This document shows, piece by piece, positions 9,901 to 20,617 of a DNA stretch of 64,000 nucleotides. A program made the translations under genes and the position numbers. Under the pieces are notes generated by a model. That model ran no database searches. It worked only from the letters and a program-made list of their open reading frames with translations, and was not told the DNA's origin. Source of the DNA: Hormiphora californensis. Taxonomy: Eukaryota; Animalia; Ctenophora. The stretch's first letter is position 1, and the number at the start of each line of letters is the position of its first letter. Location of the stretch: assembly GCA_020137815.1 (NCBI GenBank), contig CM035355.1, positions 2,480,001-2,544,000 on the forward strand, read 5' to 3'.

Positions 9901-12900
9901 GTACACGATTACCGATTATCCAGAGCGCCTCCTACGTGTATTTTGCTGTTGCACAAGGTCTAATGGCCAGCTTTCCCTGTCAAGATAGCTACATGACAGG
10001 TATTAAACAATTTAAGCCAATGTCTTATCATACTATTATATGACTGTACGCCTTCGGAAAGGGCAGTATTTTTTTCTGACAAATCAGTTTTTTTTAACAA
10101 TTTCCTAGCTAGACGTACAACCCATTACCCAAAGAAACCCGGTTTAATCCCAAATAACCCCAATTAGAGGACGGTAAGAATGTGACGTATGATCCGAACT
10201 GGGAAGACAGGGTGGCTCTACTTCAGGGGAACCTCATACTAGCCAGCACGATACAGGTACTTGCCTTGTTATGAACAAAACAAACTTGTACCACCATGCA
10301 TAACAGAGAGAGCAGAGTTTTCTCTCTGGGCTATACGGATGAACCAGGCAGATATTTTCCACCATTATAATATATTATAATCATCGCAACTAGTTTCGAG
10401 GGTCTAGTAGACTAGTTTTATAGTAGACCCTTGAATCTAGTTGGTCTACCTCTTCATCAGGCTCAAATTAATTTGTATAAAGTATGTAGAGATTTCAAGA
10501 TCTTAATATCAATCAATTCACCAAATATTTCAGTTTGTGTTAGGTGGATTTGGTTTGGCAGGGCTTCTACTAAAGGTAATCGGACCAATTACTATCACTA
10601 TTGTTATCTCTGTAATTGGACTGTCTCTAATTGATGTGGCTGTGTACTCCGCCAGCCAGCACTGGGGAATCTCTCTGGGGTAAGTGATGATATTATATTA
10701 TTATGTTTCGTGAAAGGAAGATGCGAGGGGTATTATTCTGCTTTTATATTGATTAGAATTTAGACGTGTTATTGTTGAATATTACTGAATGACATTCCTA
10801 TGATAATATTACCCTTCTTTTCAGTATGGTGATACTGATAACGATTCTGTCTGAGTACCTAAAAAACGTGAAAGTCCCAATTCCTGTCTACCGACGAGGC
10901 CAGGTAAACTATATAAAAAGTTGTTTATCTTTCTACAATACTTGTTGAGCCCTGAAAATGAGCAAAGTAACAAGTCCCATTACTTACTCAAAAACCCATT
11001 TTAGGGATGTGGCGTGACACGAATTAATCTGTTCTCGATGATGTCTGTAAGTAGGGTCCCATCCCTTTTCAACCAGTCTGATATCTAAACAAGAATTATT
11101 GCATTATATGTTGATAATGCGGTGTTTCCCTGCCACAAATGGATTTAAAATTGACGAATAAGCTTCAAAACTGGATTTCCTGATGAATTTTGTGCTCAAA
11201 GAGCATTTTTTGGCTGATGTGATATTGGTTACTTAGGTTACTGGGTTAGTTGCTATGGTAACCAACGCAGTTGCTATGGTAACCAAAGCAGTTGCTATGG
11301 TAACCAAGACAGTTGTTATGGCAACCAAGGGGCAAGGCAGTTGCATAGGAGACCCCAGTTGGTTACCAAATGCTTCAACTTTAACCGCATCTCAACTCGA
11401 GTCACTAGTGTGAAAGTAGTTTCATGCTTGGAAGACGTTCTACCACTTCATGGCATGGCTGTAGGGCGCCCAAAGTGATTTCAGGTGATAGTGGGAAGTG
11501 CTATCAGCGAGTAATTGCGCGCCACAATGTGTGTGTGTGTGTGTGTGTGTGTGTGGCTCTAGGTTATAGCGTACCAAACTCTGCCGCACGACAGAACGGT
11601 GTTGCAACCTGTCATAAAGTCTGTGGTCTGTATGAAAGATAGTAGCTAAAATATCACGCTCAAAATTACACCAAAATCAAACAAAATTTCTCTGATATTC
11701 TAACTGTTTGTGGTCTGTATTCGGGCACTCTCACGCAAGCTTTATGTCCTGTCAGCTTCTGAGTCTGGAACAAGGTAACGTTTTGCCTTTGAGAGAGTCT
11801 TGAGTTTGGTTTAGTCTGGATCAAGGTAACGATTTGCCTTTGAGAGTGTCTTGAGTTTAGTTTGGTCTGGATAGAGATTGTATTTCACCACCTTCCTTCC
11901 TCCATTCTCTCCTCCATTCTCTCCTCCATTCTCTCCACTGCTTAGCAGTAGGACAAGGAATGTAGCAGGACTGTCCATATCCGTGATGACTCGAGTTGAA
12001 CAATAACTGTGATATCGGTTATTCCTGTTTGATGTGTAAATCGGCCACAATGTGTGTTACTTAATCATTTCCTTTGTTGAATCAACGAAGCGTGAGATGA
12101 AAGTTTTATGAAGGAGCAGACTTGTTGTTAGGCGTTGTCCGTGACGGACGGACGGACGGACGGACATTTAGTTAACCCCCACGATCTGCTGATTTCTGCG
12201 TGCTAAAAACATCATCCGGGTGAATGCCCGAAGGGCATTCACCCGGGCAGGGAAAAATATATATATATATATACATATAATCAGGACTTTTTTGGCCATT
12301 ATATCAACTTCATTCACTCACTTGACTACACCACACCAGTGACCAGTTCCTAGAAATCTATCCCCAAATAACCCACAGATTATCTTCTCGATAACGATTA
12401 TGTGGCTGATTTGTGGAATTCTCACTGCCACTAATGTGTTCAAGGAAGGAAACCCTGCCAGCACACGAGGCCTCTCAGAAAAAATAGCAGAGGCAAGCTG
12501 GTTATATGTGCCCTATCCGGGTACGTACCGCGCGGTGTGATTAAATTAGCGAAAGTGCAAACACCTACTAATCTGTCAAAAGACAAAACGTTTCCTTTGG
12601 TTGTTGTATTGTGGTTGTACTAAAAGTTTCCTCTTTTCCGCAGGTCAATTTGGGATGCCCAAAGCGTCCCTTGGTGGGTTCATCGGTATGTTTGCTGGTA
12701 TGATAGCAGGAATCATCGAGAGTCTGGGTGATTATTATGCTTGTGCTAAACTTGCTGGTGCCCCACCCCCTCCAAAGTTAGTCTTAGTTTATCTAATGGG
12801 TTTGGGATTTCTCGCGGTGGTGGGAGAGAGTTTCTAGTCAGACATTGAAAACAAGGAAAACAAAGAATTCTTTGTTTTCCTTGTTTTCAATGTTCAATGT

Positions 12901-15287
12901 CTGAAACTAACTATCTCCCACCACCGCGAGAAATCCCAAACCCACTGAATTGTACCACGGGCGGAGTTGCCTCATTTATAGTTAATACATACTGACTCTG
13001 CTTAATTCTATCTCTTGAGCTGTCAGAGCATTGGCCTGAAAGACGAAAGTTCTTGAACCAATTACCAACGTCCAACAGTCAACAGCCCATACTTACAACC
13101 CCCTGTTTAGGTATGCGATTAACAGGGCCATTATGATGGAGGGACTAGGATGTTTTATTGCAGGTCTACTAGGTCCTGGCGTTGGTGTAACTGCCTACAG
13201 TGAGAACGTGGGAGCTATCAGTCTCACAAAGGTATGTGGGGTTGACAATGGTGAAGTAAAAATCAGCCAACCCGATCTGAGCACTCGAGTTGAGGCCTGA
13301 ACAGTTTACTTTATCTGGCACCGCCGGACTCTAGACAGAAATCAATTATCTCAAGTTTTAAACATATGATCCTACTTTTTACAACCCTAACCCCGTTTCT
13401 TTTTTTTCTTTTTTTTTCCTTGTTGCGTTAGGGGAAACTCTAACCCATTGGATGTGCATTAATTGAACCTCAAAAACTGCACAAATCTAATTGGTAATGC
13501 AATGGGGCTCATCACCTTGTATTGAACGCGGCAGGATTTGCTTGGTTACGAAGTTACCTCTTGCCAGCGCGCGCGAAGGTCGCCCGGCGAGTGTGAGGTG
13601 TCTTCGATACCAAAGGATTTGCCACATTGCGCTTGTAAAACAGGCTTTTACGTAGTAGCACGCGATGACAGACATACAGCCTTGGTCACGCGTTAAGAGT
13701 AATGATTACCAATTAGATTTGTGCAGTTTTTGAGGTCCATTAATATGCGTCCAATGAGTTCCCCCTAACTCAAAAACCCGTTTCTAGGTTGGCAGTAGGG
13801 CTGTGATCGCATGTAGTGGAATCTTCATGTTGGTCATTGCGTGTATTGGCAAAGTGGGAGTCCTCTTCTCCTCCCTTCCTGAGCCCATTATCGGTGGAAT
13901 GTACATTGTTATGTTTGGGATCATTGCTGCAGTGGGGATATCCAACCTTCAGGTATTTACTTTTTGTACGTCTGCTTATTTCGGCACTAATTAGAATGCT
14001 TTTACTTTGAAACTAAACGATTAACTAACTACTCATGACTATCATGACTATTAATATTTATTGGTTACTCAACCATTTCCCGGTTCCCTCTGCAGTTTGT
14101 AGATCTGACATCGTCTAGAAACATCTTTATTATTGGCTTATCTCTCTATCTTGGTCTGGCGGTCCCTGCCTGGACGAATGACGAGCTGAGCAAAGAAGAA
14201 AACGTGAGTTACCTTACTCGACTTGCCAGAGCATTGGTCTGACCCTATTCTAATTAATTTCAAACAGCGGTCAGAGCATTGGCCTGGCAGTGCTCGACCC
14301 TTACACATATCGATATGTCATGGTTTTTTTCTTATTTCAGGCTCTGACTACTGGAAATTCTGAGTTTGATACACTGTTAGCAGTAATCCTCTCCTCTGGC
14401 ATGATAGTTGGGGGAGCTATTGCCTGCTTCCTGGACAATACCCTACCCGGAACTGATGAGGAGAGAGGTAAGCGGGGAAGGTGGTTCATTACGCTCAGAT
14501 CGGGTCGGCACCACCAGACAGGTGTGGCAATTTTCGATTTGCCGCATACGGCGTCTAGACGGTGTAGCAACGGTGTCTAGACGGTTTCCAGACGGTATAC
14601 CGTCAGATTTTCAGATGGGGTTCCGGGTTATAAAAGTCCGTCTCAACTCTTAATAAAATTTCCAGACGTGCCCCGTCTCAACTTCGCGACGACACCGTCT
14701 GGACATCGTGGCGGTACAGTCTAGACACCGTCCAGACGTTGTCTGAGACCCGTCGCAACGACGTCTGATACAGTCTATAACCCGTCTCAAGCTTGATCAA
14801 GCACCTTTTTACCCCGTCTCAAGCAATTTTGTGCTGTTTTTAGCGGATTTTATTAAAACCCGTCTAGACGGTATACCGTCTAGACACCGTTGCTACACCG
14901 TCTAGACGGCAAATCGAAAATTGCCGATATATTATATTGGTTGCTACTATGTACTGCTAAATCAATTAGATTGACAGAAGCTTTCGGGAAGTTCTCAGAT
15001 ATATAACACTATGTTTAGCGTCTTTAGCTGTGGTTCATTTTATTAGGGGCGTTGTAAAATTATTAACAGAGAGAGAGAGATCATGTGATTCCATCTGTCC
15101 ATGATCCCCAATCCCCATATTTTGACTTACAACCCCATTTTCAGGTATATCTAGTTACCGTTTGGCCACCAAGGCTGAGGGAAATAAGGAACTAAGGAGG
15201 AAAATATACGCTGAACCGTTAATGGAAATGCTCGCAAAGAGATTCCCTATTTTGAGGAAGCTTCCCTTTGTTTGTAGCGACGAATAA
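6920..15287 (+). CDS. SLC23/NAT (NCS2) nucleobase-ascorbate family transporter, copy A, 16 coding exons, ~570 aa
   Basis: Exons 6920-6925, 7146-7247, 8435-8564, 9349-9419, 9891-9999, 10168-10256, 10534-10679, 10825-10903, 11005-11046, 12379-12520, 12644-12776, 13111-13231, 13788-13952, 14096-14203, 14341-14467, 15145-15287 join in frame (1713 nt). Motifs: [23 protein letters not shown] signature [32 protein letters not shown]. The 6-nt first exon is the least certain. Confidence 0.92.
7321..8416 (+). mobile_element. Helentron/HINE (DINE-1-like) non-autonomous element in SLC23-A intron 2
   Basis: Absent from the arm B intron (empty site tattgtaacccccaac), no TSD. Starts ATTATACC; ~65-bp inverted repeat 7321-7385/7460-7524; subterminal GAAAGGTTGCC...GGCAACCTTT; (GC)n tract; 3' stem-loop GCGC-ttgcca-GCGC. 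Confidence 0.72.
8858..9216. mobile_element. hAT-like MITE in SLC23-A intron 3
   Basis: TIRs CAGGGGATTACGGGGG / CCCCCGTAATCCGCTG; absent from the arm B intron; internal ~45-bp direct repeat; TSD degenerate. Confidence 0.7.
11125..12255 (+). mobile_element. Helitron/HINE-like non-autonomous element in SLC23-A intron 9
   Basis: Ends TTTCCCTGCC...GGCAGGGAAA; 3' hairpin CGGGTGAATGCCC-gaa-GGGCATTCACCCG; internal (GTTGCTATGGTAACC)n, (GT)n and (GGAC)n tracts; absent from arm B. Confidence 0.62.
13428..13768. mobile_element. MITE with ~70-bp TIRs in SLC23-A intron 12
   Basis: TTAGGGG...CCTCAAAAACTGCACAAATCTAATTGGTAAT / ATTACCAATTAGATTTGTGCAGTTTTTGAGG...CCCCTAA; absent from arm B. Confidence 0.75.
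14526..14925. mobile_element. CGTCTAGACG-rich MITE
   Basis: Perfect 18-bp TIR GGCAATTTTCGATTTGCC / GGCAAATCGAAAATTGCC; interior built from CGTCT/AGACG motifs. Confidence 0.8.
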
Positions 15288-15602
15288 CTTGGGTCCAAGG
15301 CGGCCAATATGACGGGAGCCTCCCTGTAAATTACAATGTAATTCTGCAGCTTCGCAGTCGGACGGATTAGGGGAGAGAGACTGAGAGTCATTATTTTACA
15401 GAATTTTATCGGATTTAAACTTGGATTTAAACCCCCGTACGAAGTTGGCAGCTTGGATGGAAACCTGCAAGTGCATTTATGAACAATTAGGTGTGACCTG
15501 CACCGAGCTGACAGACTGGGAACATGTCGTTATGACGACATGTTCCCAGTACACGTCGTTGGCATGACGCGTTATGCCAACGACGTGCCCAAAATACTTT
15601 CC

Positions 15603-15932
15603 GGCAAATATTCATTTTCCGCAGACGTCCTCCAGACGCCGTCTAGACGGGATTGAGACGTGTCGTTTAGACGGCCTGTCTGAACCGGTCTCTAACCGGG
15701 CTTGAGACGGGGTTGGTTTTCGTCTGATTTCAGAGGTTCCGTCATTTCGTCCAAATTCGTCTAATTTGAATTTGAATTTGAACTCCGTTTAGACAGGTAG
15801 AGACCGTTTCTAAACGGCACGTCTCAATCCCGTCTGATCAGATCTGACTCGGGACTCAGTCTAGACGCCGTCCAGACGGAAACCCCGTCTAGACGGCGTC
15901 TGGACGACGACTGCGGCAAATGAATATTTGCT
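15603..15932. mobile_element. CGTCTAGACG-rich MITE at the same site as 26717-27035
   Basis: TIRs GGCAAATATTCATTT / AAATGAATATTTGC; flanks match those of the arm B copy. Confidence 0.8.
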
Positions 15933-16645
15933 CAACTTGGCACTTTGTTTTTACTCATGTTTATATAATTGAGATAAGGGATTATCATATTGACAAAGGA
16001 TTATTGTATTGAATATTGAATCGATTCATCAATTATCTGTAACTTTTATTCAACCGTTTAGAACTTGTTGAGTAACTTTAGAACTGTGTTTCTTTGAAAC
16101 CTGAGCAGCAACAATTAATAATACCTGGCAAATACCGATTAGTGGGAGACGTACTATAGATGTATTAGCGACGTATTATAGGCGTACTCGTAGTAAAGAC
16201 GCCTTAGCGACGATAAAAGCGTACTAAAAAGGCTCTGGACTCGTGGCCGGAGATTTAAATGTACAATTGCGTAACGCGCGGAACCATTATCATAACTCAA
16301 TTAAGAGTTGTCACGTGTAAGCGCGGCAAATTTGAGATTTATGCACGCGCAAATAAACCACGCGGCGCGCCCCCTTTAAAAAGATTTCGCGCGCGGTTAA
16401 CTTTTTAAATAAAATAAAATGTAAATTTTATTTTTGGCAGAGGAAACGTCGTTTCTTTGCAGTTTGAAAAGCGCTGCCTTATCCCGCGCTGCCAACTTTG
16501 CAGTCGGTCTTCCTGAGAGCCACACTCCGAATCCCGGTTCTTGATAAGAGAAATACGTCATCTCAGTCAAATCTCCTCGAATGATCTTTTTAGGCACAAC
16601 TTCAATTTTAAGTTTCAATTCTTCGTCATATAGCAGATATATTTG

Positions 16646-17884
16646 ATAAGGTCGACATCAACGTTCTACTTGCAAAACTGGAACGCTACGGTATTCGAGG
16701 AAAGGTTCTCAGCTGGATCAGATGCTTCCTGACAGACAGATACCAAACTGTCGTGGTGGACGGAAAATTTTCATCACTGGAGAAAGTGCTGAGTGGAGTT
16801 CCTCAAGGTACTGTACTAGGGCCAATACTATTCATCATATATGTTGCGGACCTGAACTCTGCCGTAGTAAACTCGATCCCAAAAACCCTGGCCGACGACA
16901 CGAAACTTATAAAGGGAATTGAAGGAGAAGTGTCGCATGACCAACTACAAGAGGACCTAATAAAAGTGGGAATTTGGTCGAAGGCCAACAACATGAGTCT
17001 GAATGAAGACAAGTTTGAGGTCTTGCAGTACTCTCTCAACAAGACTCAACTCCTGAAACAGTTACCATTCACCCAAGACCTCCAAACATACTACACTCCA
17101 GAAGGACTCAAGATTGAACCAAAACAATGTGTCCGTGACTTAGGGGTCCAACTTTCAGATGATCTATCCTGGGAACACCAAATAGGAAAAATGACATCAG
17201 ACGCCCGAAAGATAAGTGCATGGGTACTGAGGGCCTTTAAAACAAGGGAGGAAAAGACTATGACTATCCTTTACAAAAGTCTAGTCCGCAGTAAACTGGA
17301 ATACTGCTGCCCACTCTGGGATTCGCCAAAGATCTCAGATATCCAAAACGTTGAAGCGATCCAGCGAAAGTTTACTAAACGTATCAAAGGTATGGCTGAT
17401 ATGAACTACTGGGAGCGTCTAAAAAAGCTGAAAATAACTTCCCTTCAACGCCGCCGAGAACGCTACAGCATCATCATGATGTGGAAAATGGCCAATGGTA
17501 AAGCGCCCAACAACATTGGCATCCGCTTTTACAACAACAACCGTCTCGGAAAAAAAGCGGAGATCCCAACCTGTCCCACAGTCACTCAAAAGTCAGTCGC
17601 AACGAAGTACCACAACTCGTTCATCTGTAGAGCGACTCGACTATGGAACACACTACCCAGTGAGGTGAACTTAGCGGAGAACCTACCGTCGTTCAAGGTA
17701 CTTCTGGGGAAATGGATGTCTAGAATCCCGGATCGCCCACCGGTACTCGGATACCCAAAACAGAATAACAATTCAATCTTGGACTGGATACGGATAGTTT
17801 CCAGGGAGGGGGAGGCTCTGTGAGGAACTGACACCTGTGTAACTTGTACACGAAGACGATAACAAGATAACAAGATAACAAGAT
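16646..17884 (+). mobile_element. 5'-truncated LINE (RT C-terminal half), related to the 9-2990 element
   Basis: ORF to 17823 with FDKVD, SGVPQGTVLGP, ADDTKL, DLGV and PDRPPVLGY..NNNSILDW (cf. PDEPPVQGY..NNNSVLDW). 3' (GATAACAA)n tail; candidate 7-bp TSD ATATTTG at 16639-16645 and 17883-17889. Confidence 0.92.
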
Positions 17885-18241
17885 ATTTGCGTGAATGCCA
17901 CTTACCAGAGGCAAACACTAAGGCGTCGTGCTGACCCTTTATCCCGTGCTTTGCTCAGAAGTTAGCGGAGCGAGAAGAGTTTTCAGGCATCGCGCTGACA
18001 GCTTGCAAAAAGGCATAGGGGTTAAGAAATCTAAAACCCGACTTCATAGCTATTTGTTACCTGACAGGAGAAATGCATTCCCACACGAAATCTGTAATTA
18101 CAGGTGCTTTTTGGTATTTCCGTCCCTGATTATGTCGAAAAGTATTAACAAATAGAAAACCCGTTTGGCTATGCATTGTGATTAATTGTGTGTAAACGTT
18201 TACCCGCTTTAACTGTTTCATCTTTCTAGCCTGCATACACC

Positions 18242-20617
18242 ATGGGCGGAGAAGAGGATGTTAAGGTACAACAGCCTAATAAGGTTGCCCAGGGTTTCAA
18301 GGACTTTGGACGGTTCCTTTACAACTCTGACGACAAGACCGTCTTCGGTCGTGGTGGAAAAAGCTGGGGTGAGAGACCATCACGATCACCCGGAAGCATC
18401 ACGATCACCTGAAGCATCACGATCACCTGCCATTGTCAAGCATCCAAAGTCTCAGCAGGCACTTAGCCCTTTTCAGCAATTCACTGATGTCAAAACTTTC
18501 CCACTCACACCCACATTTCATTTTAGCACTTTTTAGGACACATATCTAACGTCATGTCAATCATTTCATGGTTCACTGATTCGATAAAAGATTTTATATA
18601 CTCTCGGGACCGAGATTCATGGGGTTAGTACAAATCTCCTCACAATTTCAATTTCACAGTCAACTCCTCCAGAGAATATTAGTATTCCTTCTTCTCCTCT
18701 CCCAACACCAGAAAATAACAACATTCTTCCTCCCCAGCTAAGATCAGTTTATTTTACCTGATCTTCTACTCAGTGTCTGGCCGGGTTCTTTGCAATTAAT
18801 ATGCAGGTTATGATGATGACTATTGATGACGATGTTCCTACAATCACCGGTCGATCCAACAGGCCCAGTAAGTGTCGGGAACCATACATTATTTACTGTT
18901 ACAATAAATGGTTCATTTCCTGCTGGAGTTATCCATTTCGTTGTTTATCTCGTTTCTACCTGTTGTTTAGCTGTGGGAATCAACCAGAAAGATCTCTACA
19001 TAATGGATTTCAAGGAGAAGGATGTTTGGGGAAAATACAAGGAGGCCATCAATGCGGTCAAAGATGAATATGGTACGTTGTAAACCCTATTTGTGAAATT
19101 CCTGTTTCCCTCTTATCACTTTTATGGTTCCCTTGGGATTTGCAATACAATCCTTATCACACACCTTGGCATAACAAGTACGGGTGCAATGACGAAGATA
19201 CAATCTCTCCCCTCTCTCCCTTCTTAACATCTCCTACTCTCCCTACATCTCCTCCAATACCCACATTGTTTTTAGATAATGTCACCGCTGCCGCCACCGG
19301 TGATAAAGTCTTCACCTGGTCCGACATTTCCGGTGATTGTGGTGATCCCGCGTGGTCTGTCCAGACCATGAACAGGGGATGTTTCTATGTTGGAGTGAAC
19401 AGGGTAAGCGAACTTCGGGCCCGGGGGGGGGGGGGGGGGGGTCAAATCTATATTCTACCGACTCATACCCTTTTCTACTTGGTGTTTGGAGTAAATACAA
19501 CACTCCGCTCTGACACAACTTAACTGTTTAGATGGAACCCTAATTCCTTCAAATATTATAATAGATATATTGTCCCCGTTATAATGCCCATTTCCTCCAG
19601 GCCTATGGATTTAACCCCACTGGCAATGACACTACACGGACCGGTGGTCGTCTCTTTATCAACTGTGATTACGATATTGGAATCGCTGGAGATGGTGATA
19701 CTGAAACCAACACTGCCCAGTTTACCGTTATCGAGAACCCTGCCACCCAGGACCTTAGCGAGTACTACCCTTGGACTAGCAAGGCAGTCAACGGCCTCCA
19801 GCCTCTTGTTGCTGTCAAGGTTGAAATCAATGGTGAGTAGCACTTTATTCTTGTTCGACCCTCTCTCCCCGCGTAAAGGAGGGTTTAGAACTTTCTTCTA
19901 CTCATTTCCAAGTTTTCTCTAGAACCTTTTATTACCCCCTCCTTCTTACATCCCTCATTTTACAATTTACACTGAGAGTCCCAGTGGCGCCGAACTTGCA
20001 TAAAAATGCAAATTCTTCCTCTCATCACTGACAGAGATGTAACTCAGGAATATATATTCATGGGGTGTCCATCCTTATTACGCCTCTAGGGGTCTATCAA
20101 TTCAAATTCTTACTATCATCCATTCATCCCACTTGGTAGTTGCCACATGTGGTCCTCCTTTGATCCCCTCTCCCCATTCCTCCTATGGTCCTCTCTCTCT
20201 CTCCCCATTCCTCCTATGGTCCTCTCTCTCTCTCCCCATTCCTCCTATGGTCCTCTCTCTCTCTCTCCATCCCTCCTATGATATCCTCTCTCCCCATTCC
20301 TTGATTTATTTAGGAAAACTTTGAGAAGTTTTCCTAAATAAATCAACGAGTCTCCTTTTGTCCCTATCATTACATTATTATTCATGAGACTCATTATCAT
20401 GGCAACATATGAAATTATCTCTCCATTCCTCCTTTGACCCCTCTCTCTCTCTGCAGACGACAACAACAATGAGCGTGACGACAAGTACTGGGGAACCTTC
20501 CTGAAGTGCCAGCTATACACCCAGATAACCGGAGAGGATCCCGTTAGCTTCGAGGAAGAGGGAGGACAGTTCGCCCGTCTCACCATCGTCTACCCTGAGA
20601 AGAAGAACACGAAATAA
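18242..20617 (+). CDS. Na+/K+-ATPase beta subunit (ATP1B/nervana-like), 6 exons, ~292 aa, one +1 frameshift in exon 2
   Basis: Exons 18242-18368, 18738-18867, 18971-19072, 19276-19403, 19601-19832, 20457-20617. Motifs: [35 protein letters not shown] (TM), GCFYVGVNR-AYGFNP, YYPW, LQPLVAVKV. One extra base near 18770-18773 breaks the frame. Confidence 0.85.

Larger units (their letters stand above)
5046..16115 (+). repeat. Arm A of a large inverted segmental duplication (partner 26430-41725)
   Basis: CAP and SLC23 exons, introns and 3' flank match the reverse complement of arm B in colinear order (5099-5200 vs 41640-41539; 6290-6480 vs ~37870-37680; 15145-15420 vs ~27450-27180; 15935-16115 vs ~26715-26430). 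Confidence 0.93.

Noticed and set aside
16397-16618. 73-aa minus-strand ORF interrupted by the LINE
   Set aside because: No recognisable motif, and joining across the LINE meets a stop; cannot be supported as a gene.
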